From an uncultured Gemmatimonadaceae bacterium (GTDB taxonomy: Bacteria > Gemmatimonadota > Gemmatimonadetes > Gemmatimonadales > Gemmatimonadaceae): 64,000 nt of DNA. Within the stretch, counting starts at the first letter, position 1; the number at the start of each line of letters is the position of its first letter. Below are positions 1 through 11,481 of this stretch, one piece after another. Below the pieces are notes generated by a model. It was given only the letters and a program-made list of their open reading frames with translations, made no database searches and had not been told where the DNA came from. The stretch spans positions 96,001 to 160,000 of the forward strand of contig CAWHHI010000008.1 of assembly GCA_963829055.1 (NCBI GenBank), in the 5' to 3' direction. A program made the translations under genes and the position numbers.

Positions 1-39
1 CCGCCCACGCCGTCGCCGCGCCCCTCCCGCGAGCGCCTG

Positions 40-1218
40 TTGTCGCTGGATGTGTTTCGAGGCATGACGATCGCCGGGATGCTGCTCGTCAACAATCCCG
101 GCAGCTGGGGCGCGATCTACCCGCCACTGGAGCACGCGACGTGGAACGGATGGACGCCGACAGATCTGATCTTCCCGTTCTTCCTGTTCATCGTCGGCAT
201 CACGACGCACCTCTCGCTCGATGCGCGTCGCGCGCGTGGCGACGACGAGGGCGCGCTCATCAGGCAGGTCATCCGTCGCGGCCTGCTGATCTTCCTCGCG
301 GGCTTCCTGGTCAACGGGTTTCCGTATTTCACGTGGGGTGCGGTGGACGGCATCGCGAACCCGTCGTTCATCGAGCGCGTCGTCGATCGCCTGTACCACT
401 GGCGGATCATGGGCGTGCTGCAGCGCATCGGCTTGGCCTACATGTTCGCGGCGCTGCTCAGCTTCAGGACGACGCTCAAACAGCAGGTCGCGATCATCGC
501 CACACTGTTGTTCGGGTACTGGTTCGCGATGACGCTCGTACCCGTACCGCCTAACGGCTTCCTCGGCATCGACGTGCTAGGGAACCCTCCGGAGACGCTC
601 GCCGCCTACTTCGATCGTCTGCTGCTCGACTGGGGCAGGTTTGGGAACCACCTCTGGGTCAGCAGCGTCACGTGGGATCCGGAAGGCCCATTCTCCACGA
701 TCCCCGCGGTCGGCACGGCGATGCTCGGCATCATCTGCGGCCGCTGGATCAAGTCACCCCGCCCGCTGAGCGAGCGCCTTGCAGGCATGTTTGCCGCGGG
801 CAGCATCGCCATGATGCTCGGTCTCATGTGGCACTGGTCCTTCCCGATCAACAAGAGCCTGTGGACGAGCTCGTACGTTCTTTTCACCGCGGGTATGGCT
901 GCGGTGGCGCTCGCGACATGCATGTGGATCATCGACGAGCACCGCGTCGCGGGCTGGACCAAGCCCTTCGTGATCTACGGAATGAACCCCATTGTGGCGT
1001 TCGTCGGCTCCGGAGTCACGGCGCGCCTCATCTATTCGATCTTCAAGGTCGAGTCGGACGGCAAGCCTATCCCCCTCGAGACCTGGATCTACCAGACGTT
1101 CTATGCCTCATGGCTCGAGCCGCGCAACGCATCGTTGCTGTTCGCGATCACCTTCGTCCTCGTGTGGCTCGCCATCCTCTGGGTGCTCTACCGCCGGCGT
1201 ATCTTCGTGAAGCTCTAG
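40..1218 (+). CDS. Heparan-alpha-glucosaminide N-acetyltransferase-like (DUF5009/NagX-type) membrane acyltransferase; true start probably upstream of the window
   Basis: [49 protein letters not shown] and [10 protein letters not shown] motifs; many TM segments; frame open to the window edge. Confidence 0.85.
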   Translation: MSLDVFRGMTIAGMLLVNNPGSWGAIYPPLEHATWNGWTPTDLIFPFFLFIVGITTHLSLDARRARGDDEGALIRQVIRRGLLIFLAGFLVNGFPYFTWGAVDGIANPSFIERVVDRLYHWRIMGVLQRIGLAYMFAALLSFRTTLKQQVAIIATLLFGYWFAMTLVPVPPNGFLGIDVLGNPPETLAAYFDRLLLDWGRFGNHLWVSSVTWDPEGPFSTIPAVGTAMLGIICGRWIKSPRPLSERLAGMFAAGSIAMMLGLMWHWSFPINKSLWTSSYVLFTAGMAAVALATCMWIIDEHRVAGWTKPFVIYGMNPIVAFVGSGVTARLIYSIFKVESDGKPIPLETWIYQTFYASWLEPRNASLLFAITFVLVWLAILWVLYRRRIFVKL

Positions 1219-1300
1219 CGGTATAACGCGGTATAGGAATCGTTCGAGCCATTGGTGCGGCCGGTCACCTACGCCTGGGCCCGGTCGTGGCCCGACCGAC

Positions 1301-2980
1301 GTGCTCGTCGAGCCTGTGCCCGGAACGCCTGTTGCCACGTCAGACATCGTGAACTTGAAACGCACTTCTCTGCTCCGCACCCTGCGGAGATTGACGGATA
1401 TTGCCGTCGTTTCGGTGGCGCTCGCGGCTCCCGTCGCCACGTCCGCCGCGCAGAACGGCGGTACTCGCCCGCCTGGCGGAACCAAGGCGGCGACCTCGAG
1501 GTCCCGCCCCACGACGCGCACAGCGCCTCGCGCCAAGACCACGCGTCCTGCAGCGCGCCGCCCCGCACCGCCGCCTGCGCTCCGCTACACGGCCCCAGCG
1601 AGTGCGGCCGCGCTCGCGTCCGACATCGGCACGTTTCTCAACGCGCGAGTTCGCAGCGGCAACTGGGGCGCGATGGTCGTCTCGCTCACGCGCGGCGACA
1701 CGCTGTACTCGGCCAACGCTGGCGATCTGCTGATGCCAGCGTCGACCATGAAGCTGTTCACGTCCGCGCTGGCGTTCGACACGTTCGGTCCCGACCACCA
1801 GTTCACGACTACCGTGCTGCGCGACGGAACGCTCGGCCCCGACGGTACGCTTACTGGGAACCTCGTCCTGCGCGGCGGAGGCGACCCCGGTTTGTCCACC
1901 CGCTACTATCGCGCGCCCGCCGACGGACCGATGTCGACGCTTGCACGCATGGTCGCCGCCGCTGGCATCAAGCGCGTCTCGGGCGATCTCCTCGCGGACG
2001 CGAGCGCGTTCGAATCGAAGCGCGTCCCCGATGGCTGGCTCGCGCGGTATCTGGAGTCCGGCTACGCTGCACGCGTGTCCGCGCTCTCCATGAACGAGAA
2101 CCTCGCGACCGTCGTCATCACCCCGGCGCCTAACGGCGGCGCGGCGAGCGTCTACCTCGACCCTCCGTCGAGCACCGTGCCTGTGACGAGCGCCGTGCGC
2201 ACGGTCATGGGCAGCAAGCGTGACAAGCTCGTGATTCGTCGGCAGCCGGACGGCCGCGTCGACGTCCGCGGCTGGATCGGATCGAAGGCTGGTCCGCGCT
2301 CGTACCTCGTGGTCATCGACGACCCTGCGCCCTGGGTAGCCGGAACACTGCGATCCGCATTGGCTGCCCAGGGTGTGACCGTCACTGGACAGGTGAAGAC
2401 CGGCGCCGCGACGTCGAACGCGGTGACAGTGGCGTCGTTATCGTCGCCACCGCTCGCGCGACTCGCGTCAGCCATGAACCGCGAGAGCATCAACCACTTC
2501 GCCGAGTTGCTGTTTCGCGATGTCGCGCACATTGCCAGTCCCGACAAGGTCGGGTCGGCCGAGTACGGGAATACCGCGCTCAGAAAGTTCATGGCGGACA
2601 AGGTCGGCGCGACCGCCACGGACGTCATGGCCGCTGACGGCAGCGGCCTCTCCACACTCGATCGTGTGACCGCTCGCGCGCTGGTGCAACTGCTGTCCTA
2701 CTCGCATCGCGCGTCATGGTCAGCCGACTTCCACGCGTCGCTACCAGTGGCTGGCGAGTCGGAGCTGCTGCGTCATCGCATGCGGTACACGCCCGCGCAG
2801 GGAAACCTGCACGCGAAGACCGGAACCACGAACGACGTCATCGGACTCGCGGGCTACGTCACCGCACGTGACGGCGAGGTGCTGGCCTTCGCGTTTCTCT
2901 ACAACGGTCGCGATCGCTGGAATGCCAAGGAGGCGATCGACGTCTCAGGAGCGACGCTGGCTGGCTTCGTGCGAGAGTAG
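1301..2980 (+). CDS. dacB: D-Ala-D-Ala carboxypeptidase/endopeptidase (PBP4, peptidase S13); start uncertain
   Basis: PASTMK (SxxK), SIN (SxN), DGSGLS and KTGT motifs; signal-like N-terminus. Confidence 0.9.
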   Translation: MLVEPVPGTPVATSDIVNLKRTSLLRTLRRLTDIAVVSVALAAPVATSAAQNGGTRPPGGTKAATSRSRPTTRTAPRAKTTRPAARRPAPPPALRYTAPASAAALASDIGTFLNARVRSGNWGAMVVSLTRGDTLYSANAGDLLMPASTMKLFTSALAFDTFGPDHQFTTTVLRDGTLGPDGTLTGNLVLRGGGDPGLSTRYYRAPADGPMSTLARMVAAAGIKRVSGDLLADASAFESKRVPDGWLARYLESGYAARVSALSMNENLATVVITPAPNGGAASVYLDPPSSTVPVTSAVRTVMGSKRDKLVIRRQPDGRVDVRGWIGSKAGPRSYLVVIDDPAPWVAGTLRSALAAQGVTVTGQVKTGAATSNAVTVASLSSPPLARLASAMNRESINHFAELLFRDVAHIASPDKVGSAEYGNTALRKFMADKVGATATDVMAADGSGLSTLDRVTARALVQLLSYSHRASWSADFHASLPVAGESELLRHRMRYTPAQGNLHAKTGTTNDVIGLAGYVTARDGEVLAFAFLYNGRDRWNAKEAIDVSGATLAGFVRE

Positions 2981-3164
2981 CTGGTCGAGCCCCGGATTTG
3001 TTCGCGCCCCGCGTTCGGCAGGAAGCCCGAGCATGGGGCGCAGTCATTCCGGCGACACCCGATTCACTTCCCTCTCGCCAGTCCTCCGGCTACATCACGG
3101 AACACTCCGTGACCGCGTGCACTCGGCGCCGGCTCGGATGATGACTCGTTGCGGAGGTACTCCT

Positions 3165-3803
3165 ATGGGGATTCTCGACACGATTGGGGCGCAGCTTGGC
3201 GGCAATACCATTGCGCAGATCAGCCAGCAAGTCGGCGCTGATCCAGCGACCACAGCGAAAGCGGTTTCAGTCGCGCTACCGCTCTTGCTCGGTGGTCTGA
3301 ACCGGAACGCGGCCACGCCAGACGGTGCTGCCGCCCTCGATCAGGCGCTGACGCGCGACCACGACGGTTCGCTCCTCGATGCCCCGCACCAGGCGATCAC
3401 CAACCCTACCGCGCTCAACGCCGGCGGGATCCTCGGCCATATCTTCGGTCAGCGACAGGCGCCGATCCAGCAGGGCGTCGCGAAAGCCACCGGCATGGAT
3501 ATGCAGAGCGCGGGCAAGGTTCTGATGATCCTGGCGCCGATCGTGATGGCTGGGTTGGCGCGGGCTCGCGCCGCTCACGGCGCGAACGCGTCCGCGGGCG
3601 CAGTGCTTCAGGGGGAACAACAGCACATGGAGCGCCAGGTTCCGGGAATCGGCGGACTTGCCTCCATCCTCGACCGCAATCACGACGGAAGCATCGCCGA
3701 CGACATCGCGAACATGGCGTCCGGTCAGCTCGGCGGCTCGGCCGGCGGACTCGGCGGCGGATTGGGCAGCATCCTCGGCGGCCTGCTCGGCGACAAGCGT
3801 TAG
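3165..3803 (+). CDS. DUF937 family protein
   Basis: GGAGG RBS at 3153; PLLLGGL..N, HDGSLLD, GILGHIFG, LAPIVM and LDRNHDGSIADD motifs. Confidence 0.8.
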   Translation: MGILDTIGAQLGGNTIAQISQQVGADPATTAKAVSVALPLLLGGLNRNAATPDGAAALDQALTRDHDGSLLDAPHQAITNPTALNAGGILGHIFGQRQAPIQQGVAKATGMDMQSAGKVLMILAPIVMAGLARARAAHGANASAGAVLQGEQQHMERQVPGIGGLASILDRNHDGSIADDIANMASGQLGGSAGGLGGGLGSILGGLLGDKR

Positions 3804-3816
3804 GCCCTCGACACAA

Positions 3817-3843
3817 CCGGCGACGCCATGATGACGTCGCCGG
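3817..3843. terminator. Hairpin between convergent genes
   Basis: CCGGCGACG-N9-CGTCGCCGG. Confidence 0.5.
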
Positions 3844-3886
3844 GTCTTGCTTCCAACATCGTTAGGCGGTCAGACACCGGGCATTG

Positions 3887-5054
3887 TCAATCGGCGATGC
3901 CCGGTCCTTCATCGCGCGTCGCGATCCTGATGCCCCGCTTCGCGAGCTCGTCGATGTAGCGCTGCGGCGGAATGCACTCGTCAGGCGTGTGCACGCCAGC
4001 CGGTGTGATGTCGCCACAGGCCTGCATCTGTCCCGTGATCGATAGCGAGTAGCCCGTCGTCCGCATCATCGCGCTGATGCCGTGGCGCTCGTCGTACCGG
4101 TCGATCAGCTCCCACGTGAGCGTCCGTGGCGTGCCGTTCTTGCTGCCCGACACGCTCACGCGCAGGGCAACGAGGTCACGGCCCTCCGGCTTTTTCAGCT
4201 TCGGCCCGATCGTGGCAACCACGGCATCGCGCGGAACGACCTTCGTACCCTTCACGTCCACCGGGTCGAGCGAGAGCAGGCCGAGCTCGCGGATCGCCTC
4301 CATGATGTGCGCATGGCCCGGATACCGAAGCGTCTTGTACTCCATCAACGGAATCTGGCCCTCGTACCGGAACGGCATCGTCGACAGCCCGCCCGCGGTA
4401 TGGAACGCCTCCAGCTCGCCGACCGGCTCGGGGAACTGCACCATCACGCGCTCCGATAGTGCCGTGCACCTGATGGCGCTTCCCGTCGCGCAGCACCCAC
4501 GACAGCGTCGTGTAGTAGTCGAGCACTCCCTCGAGCGAGTACACGATCTGGTAGTTGAGCGGCGGTTCCGGCTGTTGCGGTAACCCGCCTACGAACATGC
4601 GCACCGCGCTCACCGAATCGAGCTGGCTGATGCCGTACTGCGCCAGCACGTTGACCATCCCGGGCGCGACTCCGCAATCGGGAACGATCGTCACGCCCTT
4701 CGCCGCCGCCTGCGCGTTCAGCCCTTTCTGCTTGAACACGATCTCCGTGTTCCCACCGAGGTCGCAGAAATGGACGCCCGCCTCTACCGCGAGCTCCGCG
4801 AGCGGAAAGTTGAAGTAGTACGGGATCGCGCTCATGACCGCATCGCTCTGCCGCATGAGCGCCAGCACGGCTTCACGAGCGCGAACGTCCAGTCGCGTCG
4901 GAAGGAGACGCGGCCCTGAATACGGCGCGAGGAACGACGGCAGGTGTTCGACGTTCAGGTCGGCGAGCCGAACCTCGCGAACATCGGGATTCTGAAGTAG
5001 ATCGAAGGCGCAGGCCGAGCCCTGAAGGCCCGCGCCGAGTACGAGCATCCGCAT
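3887..5054 (-). CDS. Saccharopine dehydrogenase / lysine 6-dehydrogenase family protein, with a +1 frameshift near 4466
   Basis: VLGAGLQG, DLGGN, PDCGVAPG and GGLP in ORF 4176..5069; EAFHTAGGLS, YKTLRYPGH and SAMMRTTG in ORF 3887..4447; removing one base joins them (QVTALSERVMVQFP). Confidence 0.85.
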
Positions 5055-5173
5055 CCGGTATTTCTCCAAGGCGGTCGTGTGAACGAGAGCCGTATAAGCT
5101 AACCGAGGTCAGCCTCGCCTGTCATCCCGCGATACCGCGCTCCGCGCGCACGATCCTGGCAACGAAACTGGGC

Positions 5174-5632
5174 ATGTCTACCACTCCAACTACCGATTGG
5201 CGCGCCCATCTCATCGAGTCGACAGAAGAGATCCGGGCCCTGCTCAGACAAACACGTCGCATCGCCGTTCTCGGGATCAAGCCAGAAACGCGAGCTTCCC
5301 AGCCGGCTCATTTCGTCGCTGCGTATGCGCAGGAAGCAGGCTTCGAGATCGTCCCGGTCCCGGTTTACTACCCTGAGGTGACCGAGATCCTCGGCCAGCC
5401 AGTGTATCGGCGCCTGGCCGACGTTCCGGGCGATGTCGACATGGTGAATGTCTTCCGGCGCCCCGAGCACGTGCTGCCACACGTGGACGACATCATTGCC
5501 AAGGCCCCGCGTGCGGTGTGGATGCAACTCGGCATACGAAACGACGAAGCCGCCGAGCGTCTGGCTCGAGCGGGCATTGACGTCGTTCAGGACAGGTGCC
5601 TGAAGGTGGAGCTCATGCGAATGGGAATCTGA
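5174..5632 (+). CDS. CoA-binding domain protein (YccU-like)
   Basis: IAVLG, DMVNVFR, VWMQLGI and VVQDRC motifs. Confidence 0.9.
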   Translation: MSTTPTTDWRAHLIESTEEIRALLRQTRRIAVLGIKPETRASQPAHFVAAYAQEAGFEIVPVPVYYPEVTEILGQPVYRRLADVPGDVDMVNVFRRPEHVLPHVDDIIAKAPRAVWMQLGIRNDEAAERLARAGIDVVQDRCLKVELMRMGI

Positions 5633-5711
5633 CTCGTCCGGACGACACGGGACGGATTGGACACAGGCGCCCGAACGGTCGACGCCCGTGTCCTCCCCGC
5701 TCCGATAGGGA

Positions 5712-5891
5712 CTACTGCGGAACCGGCTCCGAGTACAGGAAGTCGTCCATCACCACGAGGTCGTACGTCCCGCCGTTGCTGACATCCTGGGCCTGCGCGC
5801 CTAACGCGCCGGTGCCCGATGTGATGCGGACGCGGGCGATCAGGGCTGACGCGAACTTCACGCCCACGACGCAGTGCGCATCTCGATGCAT
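5712..5891 (-). pseudogene. 59-codon ORF, probably the C-terminal remnant of a secreted protein
   Basis: Hand translation gives MHRDAHCVVGVKFASALIARVRITSGTGALGAQAQDVSNGGTYDLVVMDDFLYSEPVPQ*, with coding-like codon use. Confidence 0.5.
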
Positions 5892-6091
5892 TGGGAACGC
5901 GGCGCGGACGACAGCGCCACGTAAATTGTCTGCCAGCGTCGGCGACGCGATTAAGAAACACCAACGGATCGCGGTACTGCAGCCGACGGCAGGCCGATCT
6001 GGCGGCCGGAGATGGCTGGTGAGAACTGCTGACCGACGGGAGTGCCCTGCCCTGACCTGAGGCAGGGGTCCAGCGTCGAGCGAGGTCGCTG

Positions 6092-6745
6092 CTACCGGGG
6101 CGGCGCTACGACGTCGTGCTTTGCCGCGAGCAGCGCGGCCTGCGTGCGGTCCTCGACGCCGAGCTTCTCGAAGATCGCGCTCACGTAGCCCTTCACGGTG
6201 CCGATGCTGAGGTTCAGCGATGCGGCAATGCGCTTGTTGCTGTCGCCGCGCGCCAGCAACGCGAGCACGTCACGCTCGCGCGGCGTGAGCGCCCCGAACG
6301 GCGACGGCGTTTCCGGCTCGGCGATGCCGCGCATGAGATGCTGCTGGGCGCGTGGGTGAAGCGTGGGCACACCATCCGCCGCGAGCCGGATGGCCGCGAG
6401 CAGCTCTGCCTTCAGCACGTCCTTCATGAGGTAGCCAGTGACGCCGGCGCGCACCGCGTCGCGCACCCCTTCGCCCTCGGCGAAGCTCGTGAGGATGAGG
6501 ACACGCGACTCGAGCCCGGCATCCCGCATCCGTCGCGTGGCCTCGAGTCCATCCACCCGCGGCATGCTCAGATCCATGAGCACGACGTCCGGCTTCAGAG
6601 ACGCAGCTAGACGGACGGCGTCGTCGCCGTCGGACGCCTCACCAACCACGACGATCTCGCCATCGGAGTCGGCGAGAATCATCTGCAGCCCTTCCCGAAC
6701 GACCTGGTGGTCGTCGGCGATCAACACGCGGACCGGCTTCTTCAT
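6092..6745 (-). CDS. NarL/LuxR-family response regulator
   Basis: REC domain (ADDH, DVVLMD) plus LuxR HTH (LTPRERDVL, TVKGYVS). Confidence 0.95.
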   Translation of the reverse strand: MKKPVRVLIADDHQVVREGLQMILADSDGEIVVVGEASDGDDAVRLAASLKPDVVLMDLSMPRVDGLEATRRMRDAGLESRVLILTSFAEGEGVRDAVRAGVTGYLMKDVLKAELLAAIRLAADGVPTLHPRAQQHLMRGIAEPETPSPFGALTPRERDVLALLARGDSNKRIAASLNLSIGTVKGYVSAIFEKLGVEDRTQAALLAAKHDVVAPPR

Positions 6746-8544
6746 GAGTCTTCCTTGCTCGCGGACGCGAGCGGTACCGACACCTCGACAATCGTCCCGT
6801 CACCCGGCGACGACTGCACCGTGAAATGCGCGCCTAACGACTCTGCCCGCTCTCGCATCGTGCGGAGACCGAGCCCAGGCCAGGTTCGCCCGGAATGGGC
6901 ATCAGGCATCCCCCCGCCAAATCCTGTACCGTCATCGCAAACACGCAAGACCGTCGTTGACGGCCCGCTCGAGAGCGTGAGCTCGACCATTCGCGCATTC
7001 GCGTGCTTGGCGACATTGTGCAGCGCTTCCTGCGCGATCCGAAACAGCTCGTATTCCTGCTCGCCCGGAGCTGCGACGTATCCTCGCGCACTGAAGATGA
7101 CGCGCAGACCATCCGCGCTCAGCTCGCGGGCATGTCGTCGCAGTGCACCGACCAGTCCATGACGGCGAATCGCATCCGCAGCCCGGGCCACGGGCGCCGT
7201 ATCGCCAGGCGGCGTGTCGCTGCCCGGCCGAAGCTCGCTCAGCAACGCACGCATCTCGGCGAGCGCCGTCTGACTCAGCTGAAGTAGCCGCTCCACGCGG
7301 CGCTCGCCCTCGGCCGGATCGCGCTTCCACGCTGCGCCCAGTGACTGCGCGATCAGCGTGACGCTGAACAACAGTTGCGTCACCGAGTCATGCAGTTCCC
7401 GCGCGAGCCTGTTTCTCTCTTCACTCGCCGCCAGCTTCCTGGCCACCGCATGCAACCGCGCGTTCGCGATGGCGACGCCCAGTTGATCGGCCACCAATCG
7501 GAGCACCTCCGCATCCGATTCGCCGAGCGGCTCATCCGCCTCCACGTTCAGCACGCCGAGCACACTATCGCCGAGCAGGATGGGAACCGCAATCTCCGAG
7601 TAGACGTCCGGCGCACCTGGCGTGCGCAGGTATCGTGGATCCGCGAGCACGTCGTTCACGAGCACCGTCTCGCGCGTTCTCGCCGCGGCGCCCATGATGC
7701 CCTGGTCGATCGGGAACTGATATTCGCCATGAATGATCGCCCGATAGTGCCCGCCTAACGTGTCCAGAATGAGCGTCTGTGGATCCTCGGGGTCGATCAG
7801 CGCAATCGCCACGTTCGGATAGCCGAGCAGCTCGTGCACCGCGTCGGCTGCCTTCTTCAGCATGTCGCCGAGTCGCAGATCCGAGGTGATGATGCCGCCG
7901 ATACGCGTGATGACCCGAAGACGCTCGGTGCGGCGCTGCTCGAGCTCATACGTGCGCGCATTCTGAATCGCGATCGCGGCGTGTCGTGCGAACTCCCCCA
8001 GGGCGGCAACGTCGGATTGCGTGAAGCGGCGCGCCCGCGTTCGTCCTTTCTTCGTTGCGGCGACGGCCTGCTTGCCGCGCGCAGGCCTCTTCGCTGGCGA
8101 TTTCGGCGACCGCCCGATCCCGAAGAACCCGATCATCGCGCCACGCCACACGATCGGCATGCCGAGAATGGCGTCGTTCAGCATGCCGGGCTGCGTCGGC
8201 TGCGGCACGTCACCGTATCGGCTGAATCTGAGAGGCTGGCGCGCCTCGAGCACGAGACCCGCGATTCCCTCACCGATACCGAGCTCCGTCCCGAGCTCGT
8301 TCGGCGGCATGTTGAAGCCCGCCTCCGTGCGCACGATCCCACGCGCCTCGTCCACGAGGCCTATCGTCCCGTGGTCGGCTTCGAGCAGCGTGCACGCCTG
8401 TTCGACGATTCGCGTGAGCAACGGACGAAGCTCCAGCTCGCCGCCGATCGACTCGATGACGGACCGTAGACTCCGTTGGCGCCGAAGGGTACGCGTCCGT
8501 CGCCGCGACCGGATGGCGTCGTCGTTAGGCGACACGTGAGGCAT
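6742..8544 (-). CDS. Cytoplasmic GAF-GAF sensor histidine kinase (HisKA_3)
   Basis: Two GAF domains; ERNRLARELHDSVTQ, QEALHNVAKHA, DDGTGF and GLGL motifs; overlaps the response regulator. Confidence 0.92.
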   Translation of the reverse strand: MPHVSPNDDAIRSRRRTRTLRRQRSLRSVIESIGGELELRPLLTRIVEQACTLLEADHGTIGLVDEARGIVRTEAGFNMPPNELGTELGIGEGIAGLVLEARQPLRFSRYGDVPQPTQPGMLNDAILGMPIVWRGAMIGFFGIGRSPKSPAKRPARGKQAVAATKKGRTRARRFTQSDVAALGEFARHAAIAIQNARTYELEQRRTERLRVITRIGGIITSDLRLGDMLKKAADAVHELLGYPNVAIALIDPEDPQTLILDTLGGHYRAIIHGEYQFPIDQGIMGAAARTRETVLVNDVLADPRYLRTPGAPDVYSEIAVPILLGDSVLGVLNVEADEPLGESDAEVLRLVADQLGVAIANARLHAVARKLAASEERNRLARELHDSVTQLLFSVTLIAQSLGAAWKRDPAEGERRVERLLQLSQTALAEMRALLSELRPGSDTPPGDTAPVARAADAIRRHGLVGALRRHARELSADGLRVIFSARGYVAAPGEQEYELFRIAQEALHNVAKHANARMVELTLSSGPSTTVLRVCDDGTGFGGGMPDAHSGRTWPGLGLRTMRERAESLGAHFTVQSSPGDGTIVEVSVPLASASKEDS

Positions 8545-10203
8545 CAACGAGACTGGAACGTCCCCAGCACGCGCACGTCCGGATCGAACGCTACGCCACG
8601 AGGCGAGGTCTCGAGGTCGAGCGGCACGACGAGCGTGGCGGAGCCGGTGGCGGGCACGTCGATCGTCGCTCGACGCTCACGACCCGAGGCATCGACGACC
8701 GCGACGGTCAGCGGGAAGCGATAGGCTCCGAACCGTGTTCCCTGCGCGATCGTCGCCACGACCCGCCGCTGAGCGGCGTCGTACCGCCACGAGGTCGTTA
8801 CCTCCGCGTACCCCGGCCGGCGCAGCCACTGGTCGAAGAACCAGCCTAACGACCTACCGGAGCGTGCCCTCCAGCGCGCGACGGAGATCATCGGTGAGCG
8901 CCGTGGAGTGACGGTTCGCCAGGTAGTACGATCGCACGCCGCGAAAGAACGCCGAGTCGCCGACCAGCCCGCGAAGCATGTGCAACGTCCAGCCGCCTTT
9001 CTGGTAGCTGTTCGTGTTCAACAGCTGCATGAGATTGGTTTGCAGCGTGTCGATCACCGGACGCGAGGCGACTTCGGGAGCTTTGACGATCTGGTCCCGG
9101 ATCCGACGCATGTCCGCGCGAAACGTGCTGTCGCCCCGGAAGCGCTCCACCCACAACTCCTGGAAGTACGTCGCGAATCCTTCCGAGAGCCACACGTGCG
9201 ACCACTCGCGCTCGGTGACGGCATCGCCGAACCACTGGTGCGCCGTCTCGTGCGCGATGACGCCAGGCTGCATGGTCTTCTTGCGGAACGGCCCGTCGGC
9301 GTAGAAGATCGCGCCCGCGTTCTCCATGCCTCCGTATCGCGTGGAGCTCTGCAGATGGGCGAGCTTCTCGTACGGGAATGGTGCGACGAGCTCGGAGAAC
9401 AACCGCACGATCTCCGGCGAATGCGCGAACGGGCCGGGGAGGAAATCACGCGATTCCGGAAACACGTACACCGACTGCCGCACGCACGAGCCGAACTCGC
9501 CCACGCCACAGCCATCGCGGCCGAGGTCGTAGTACACGAGTGGCGCCGCGGCGATCACCATCAGGTACGGCGCGATCGGCCGGTCTTCGCGCCACCGTGT
9601 CAGCGTGCGTGGCAGACCGCCGGAACGCGCCGCGAGCGGCGTCTCCTCGACGAGGTCTCCATTCGCCACCACGCGCCGTTCGCTCGGAGCGCGAACCGTC
9701 CACGTGACGGTCGCCTTGTCCGACGGATGGTCCACGCTCGGGATCCAGTTGCGCGCACGGTTCGGCCAGTTGTCGCCGAACGCGGTCCACCGACCCGCGC
9801 TGTCGGTGCGGATGATGAGTCCGTCCTTCGGCTCTCCGCTGTAGCGCACAGTCACGGAGAACGAGTCGCCCACGACCGTGCCGATCGGCACGCGAAGCAG
9901 CGAGTCCGTTCGCGCGAACGCAGCTGCGCGATCGTCCACGAGCACGCTGTCCACACGCAGCGACACCAGGTCCAGCACGAGCGTGTCCACCGCGGCCGAT
10001 CGACGGACCGCCAGCACCGCTCGGCCCTGAATGGCGGCTCCGCGGTCAGGCAGGTCGAGCGTGATCGCGTAGTCGACCACGTCGATGCCCGGGCGGTACG
10101 GGTGCGGACCGGGACTCTGCGCGAGCGCGGGGCCAGCCAACGTTAGGCTGCCGATCACCACCTGGAAGTAACGACGCGAGCCTGCGCAACGCGATTGGGT
10201 CAT
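8544..10203 (-). CDS. M1 family aminopeptidase, with a +1 frameshift near 8862
   Basis: GGMEN, HETAHQWFGD, WLSEGFA and YQKG; the C-terminal SGRSLGWFFDQW continues in ORF 8544..8891. Confidence 0.88.
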
Positions 10204-11459
10204 TGGCGGATTGTGTGGTACACGATGAGATGATTCGGCGGGTCGTACGACTTCGCGTTCGGATCTGGCGCGATGGCGACGACGAACTCGCCACTCGCCG
10301 TCGACGCCAGCGCGATGCCGGGGCCGATAATGCGCGGTACCCGTACGCGGCCACCATCGCTGACGAACAGGCGAATCCAGCCGTCCTCGCTCTCGACATC
10401 CACCCCGCCGCCACGAAACGCGCGACGCTGCGTCATGTCCACGGTGGTCGATGCATCGATCGTCGGTCCTTCCACCCACTGAACGGGCGCGAGCGACGTC
10501 GCGTCCACAACACCGCGAGACGCGCCGCTTTCCGGGTCGACGAGGCGCCAACGCGATGCCTGTCCGTCGTCACTGATGACGTCCGCCGGCGCGCCGATCG
10601 CCAGACGTGAGCCGTTCGCTGCCCATGCCAGCCTCCACCCCTCAGCGATCGGGAGCGCGACTTCCCTCACGGGTGTAGAGTCATTCGCCACGCTCACGTC
10701 GACCACGAATGTACGCGCCGCGCCGAACGCCGACACCATGCCGCTCGTGGGAAACGCATGCATTCGGACGATCGATTCCCGAAGCCCGACGCCACGAGCG
10801 AGTCGACGCCACTCGCTCGCGGGGACGGAGTCCGACTCGCCCGGTCGCGTCGTGTACGCGCGCGAGTACGCGACACGTTTCCAGTCCGGGGCGGCCGCGG
10901 CGTCCCACGTGCTATCACGCTGTACGGGCGGCAACCCCTCCCGCGCGAAGACGAACCCGTTAGGCACGGGATCGTTTTCCGCTCCACGCGGGTCCTCCAC
11001 GACGAGTAGCCCGCGCCGGTCCTGACTCGAGACCCACCGCACCCGCGCCGACATTCCGTGCGTCCCGCGGTTCACGGCGACTACGCTCACGGCGATTCCG
11101 CTCGTCGAAGTCTGCGCTCCGACGACCTGGGGCTGCATTCCAGTCGCGCGCAGCGCGTGAGCGATCGCCCCTGCGAGCGCCGTATCGCCCGGAACGATGA
11201 CGCTCACCGCCCACCCGTTAGGCGGACGCTGCGCTCCGGTCGCAGCTTGCCAACCCTCCCGGCCCAGCGAATCGGCCAGCGCCGCGGCGCCACTCGAGTC
11301 GGCGACGTACGCGACGCGCACCAACGTCCCGGCGGCCGGTCGGTGCGTTACCGCCGTGGTGTCGGCGCTCGGACGCGCCTGCTCGCCACGACTGCACGCT
11401 CCGGCGATGGCGGCGCCGAGCGCGATGACCGCCACCTTGGTCCGACGGAGAGCGGGCAT
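10200..11459 (-). CDS. Hypothetical lipoprotein, possibly beta-propeller-like
   Basis: MPALRRTK..IAGAC lipobox; fills the gap between flanking same-strand genes; 4-bp overlap with the M1 peptidase. Confidence 0.6.
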   Translation of the reverse strand: MPALRRTKVAVIALGAAIAGACSRGEQARPSADTTAVTHRPAAGTLVRVAYVADSSGAAALADSLGREGWQAATGAQRPPNGWAVSVIVPGDTALAGAIAHALRATGMQPQVVGAQTSTSGIAVSVVAVNRGTHGMSARVRWVSSQDRRGLLVVEDPRGAENDPVPNGFVFAREGLPPVQRDSTWDAAAAPDWKRVAYSRAYTTRPGESDSVPASEWRRLARGVGLRESIVRMHAFPTSGMVSAFGAARTFVVDVSVANDSTPVREVALPIAEGWRLAWAANGSRLAIGAPADVISDDGQASRWRLVDPESGASRGVVDATSLAPVQWVEGPTIDASTTVDMTQRRAFRGGGVDVESEDGWIRLFVSDGGRVRVPRIIGPGIALASTASGEFVVAIAPDPNAKSYDPPNHLIVYHTIRQ

Positions 11460-11481
11460 GCGAAACCGAACGCCGGCGTGC

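Noticed and set aside
2868..3164. Extended N-termini called for DUF937, otsA, gyrA, serB and the M1 peptidase
   Set aside because: They overlap neighbouring genes or promoters; downstream starts with an RBS or conserved motifs fit better.
4440..4470. Programmed ribosomal frameshifting at split genes
   Set aside because: No slippery heptamers or homopolymer runs; unrelated enzymes are affected in the same way, which fits sequencing error.
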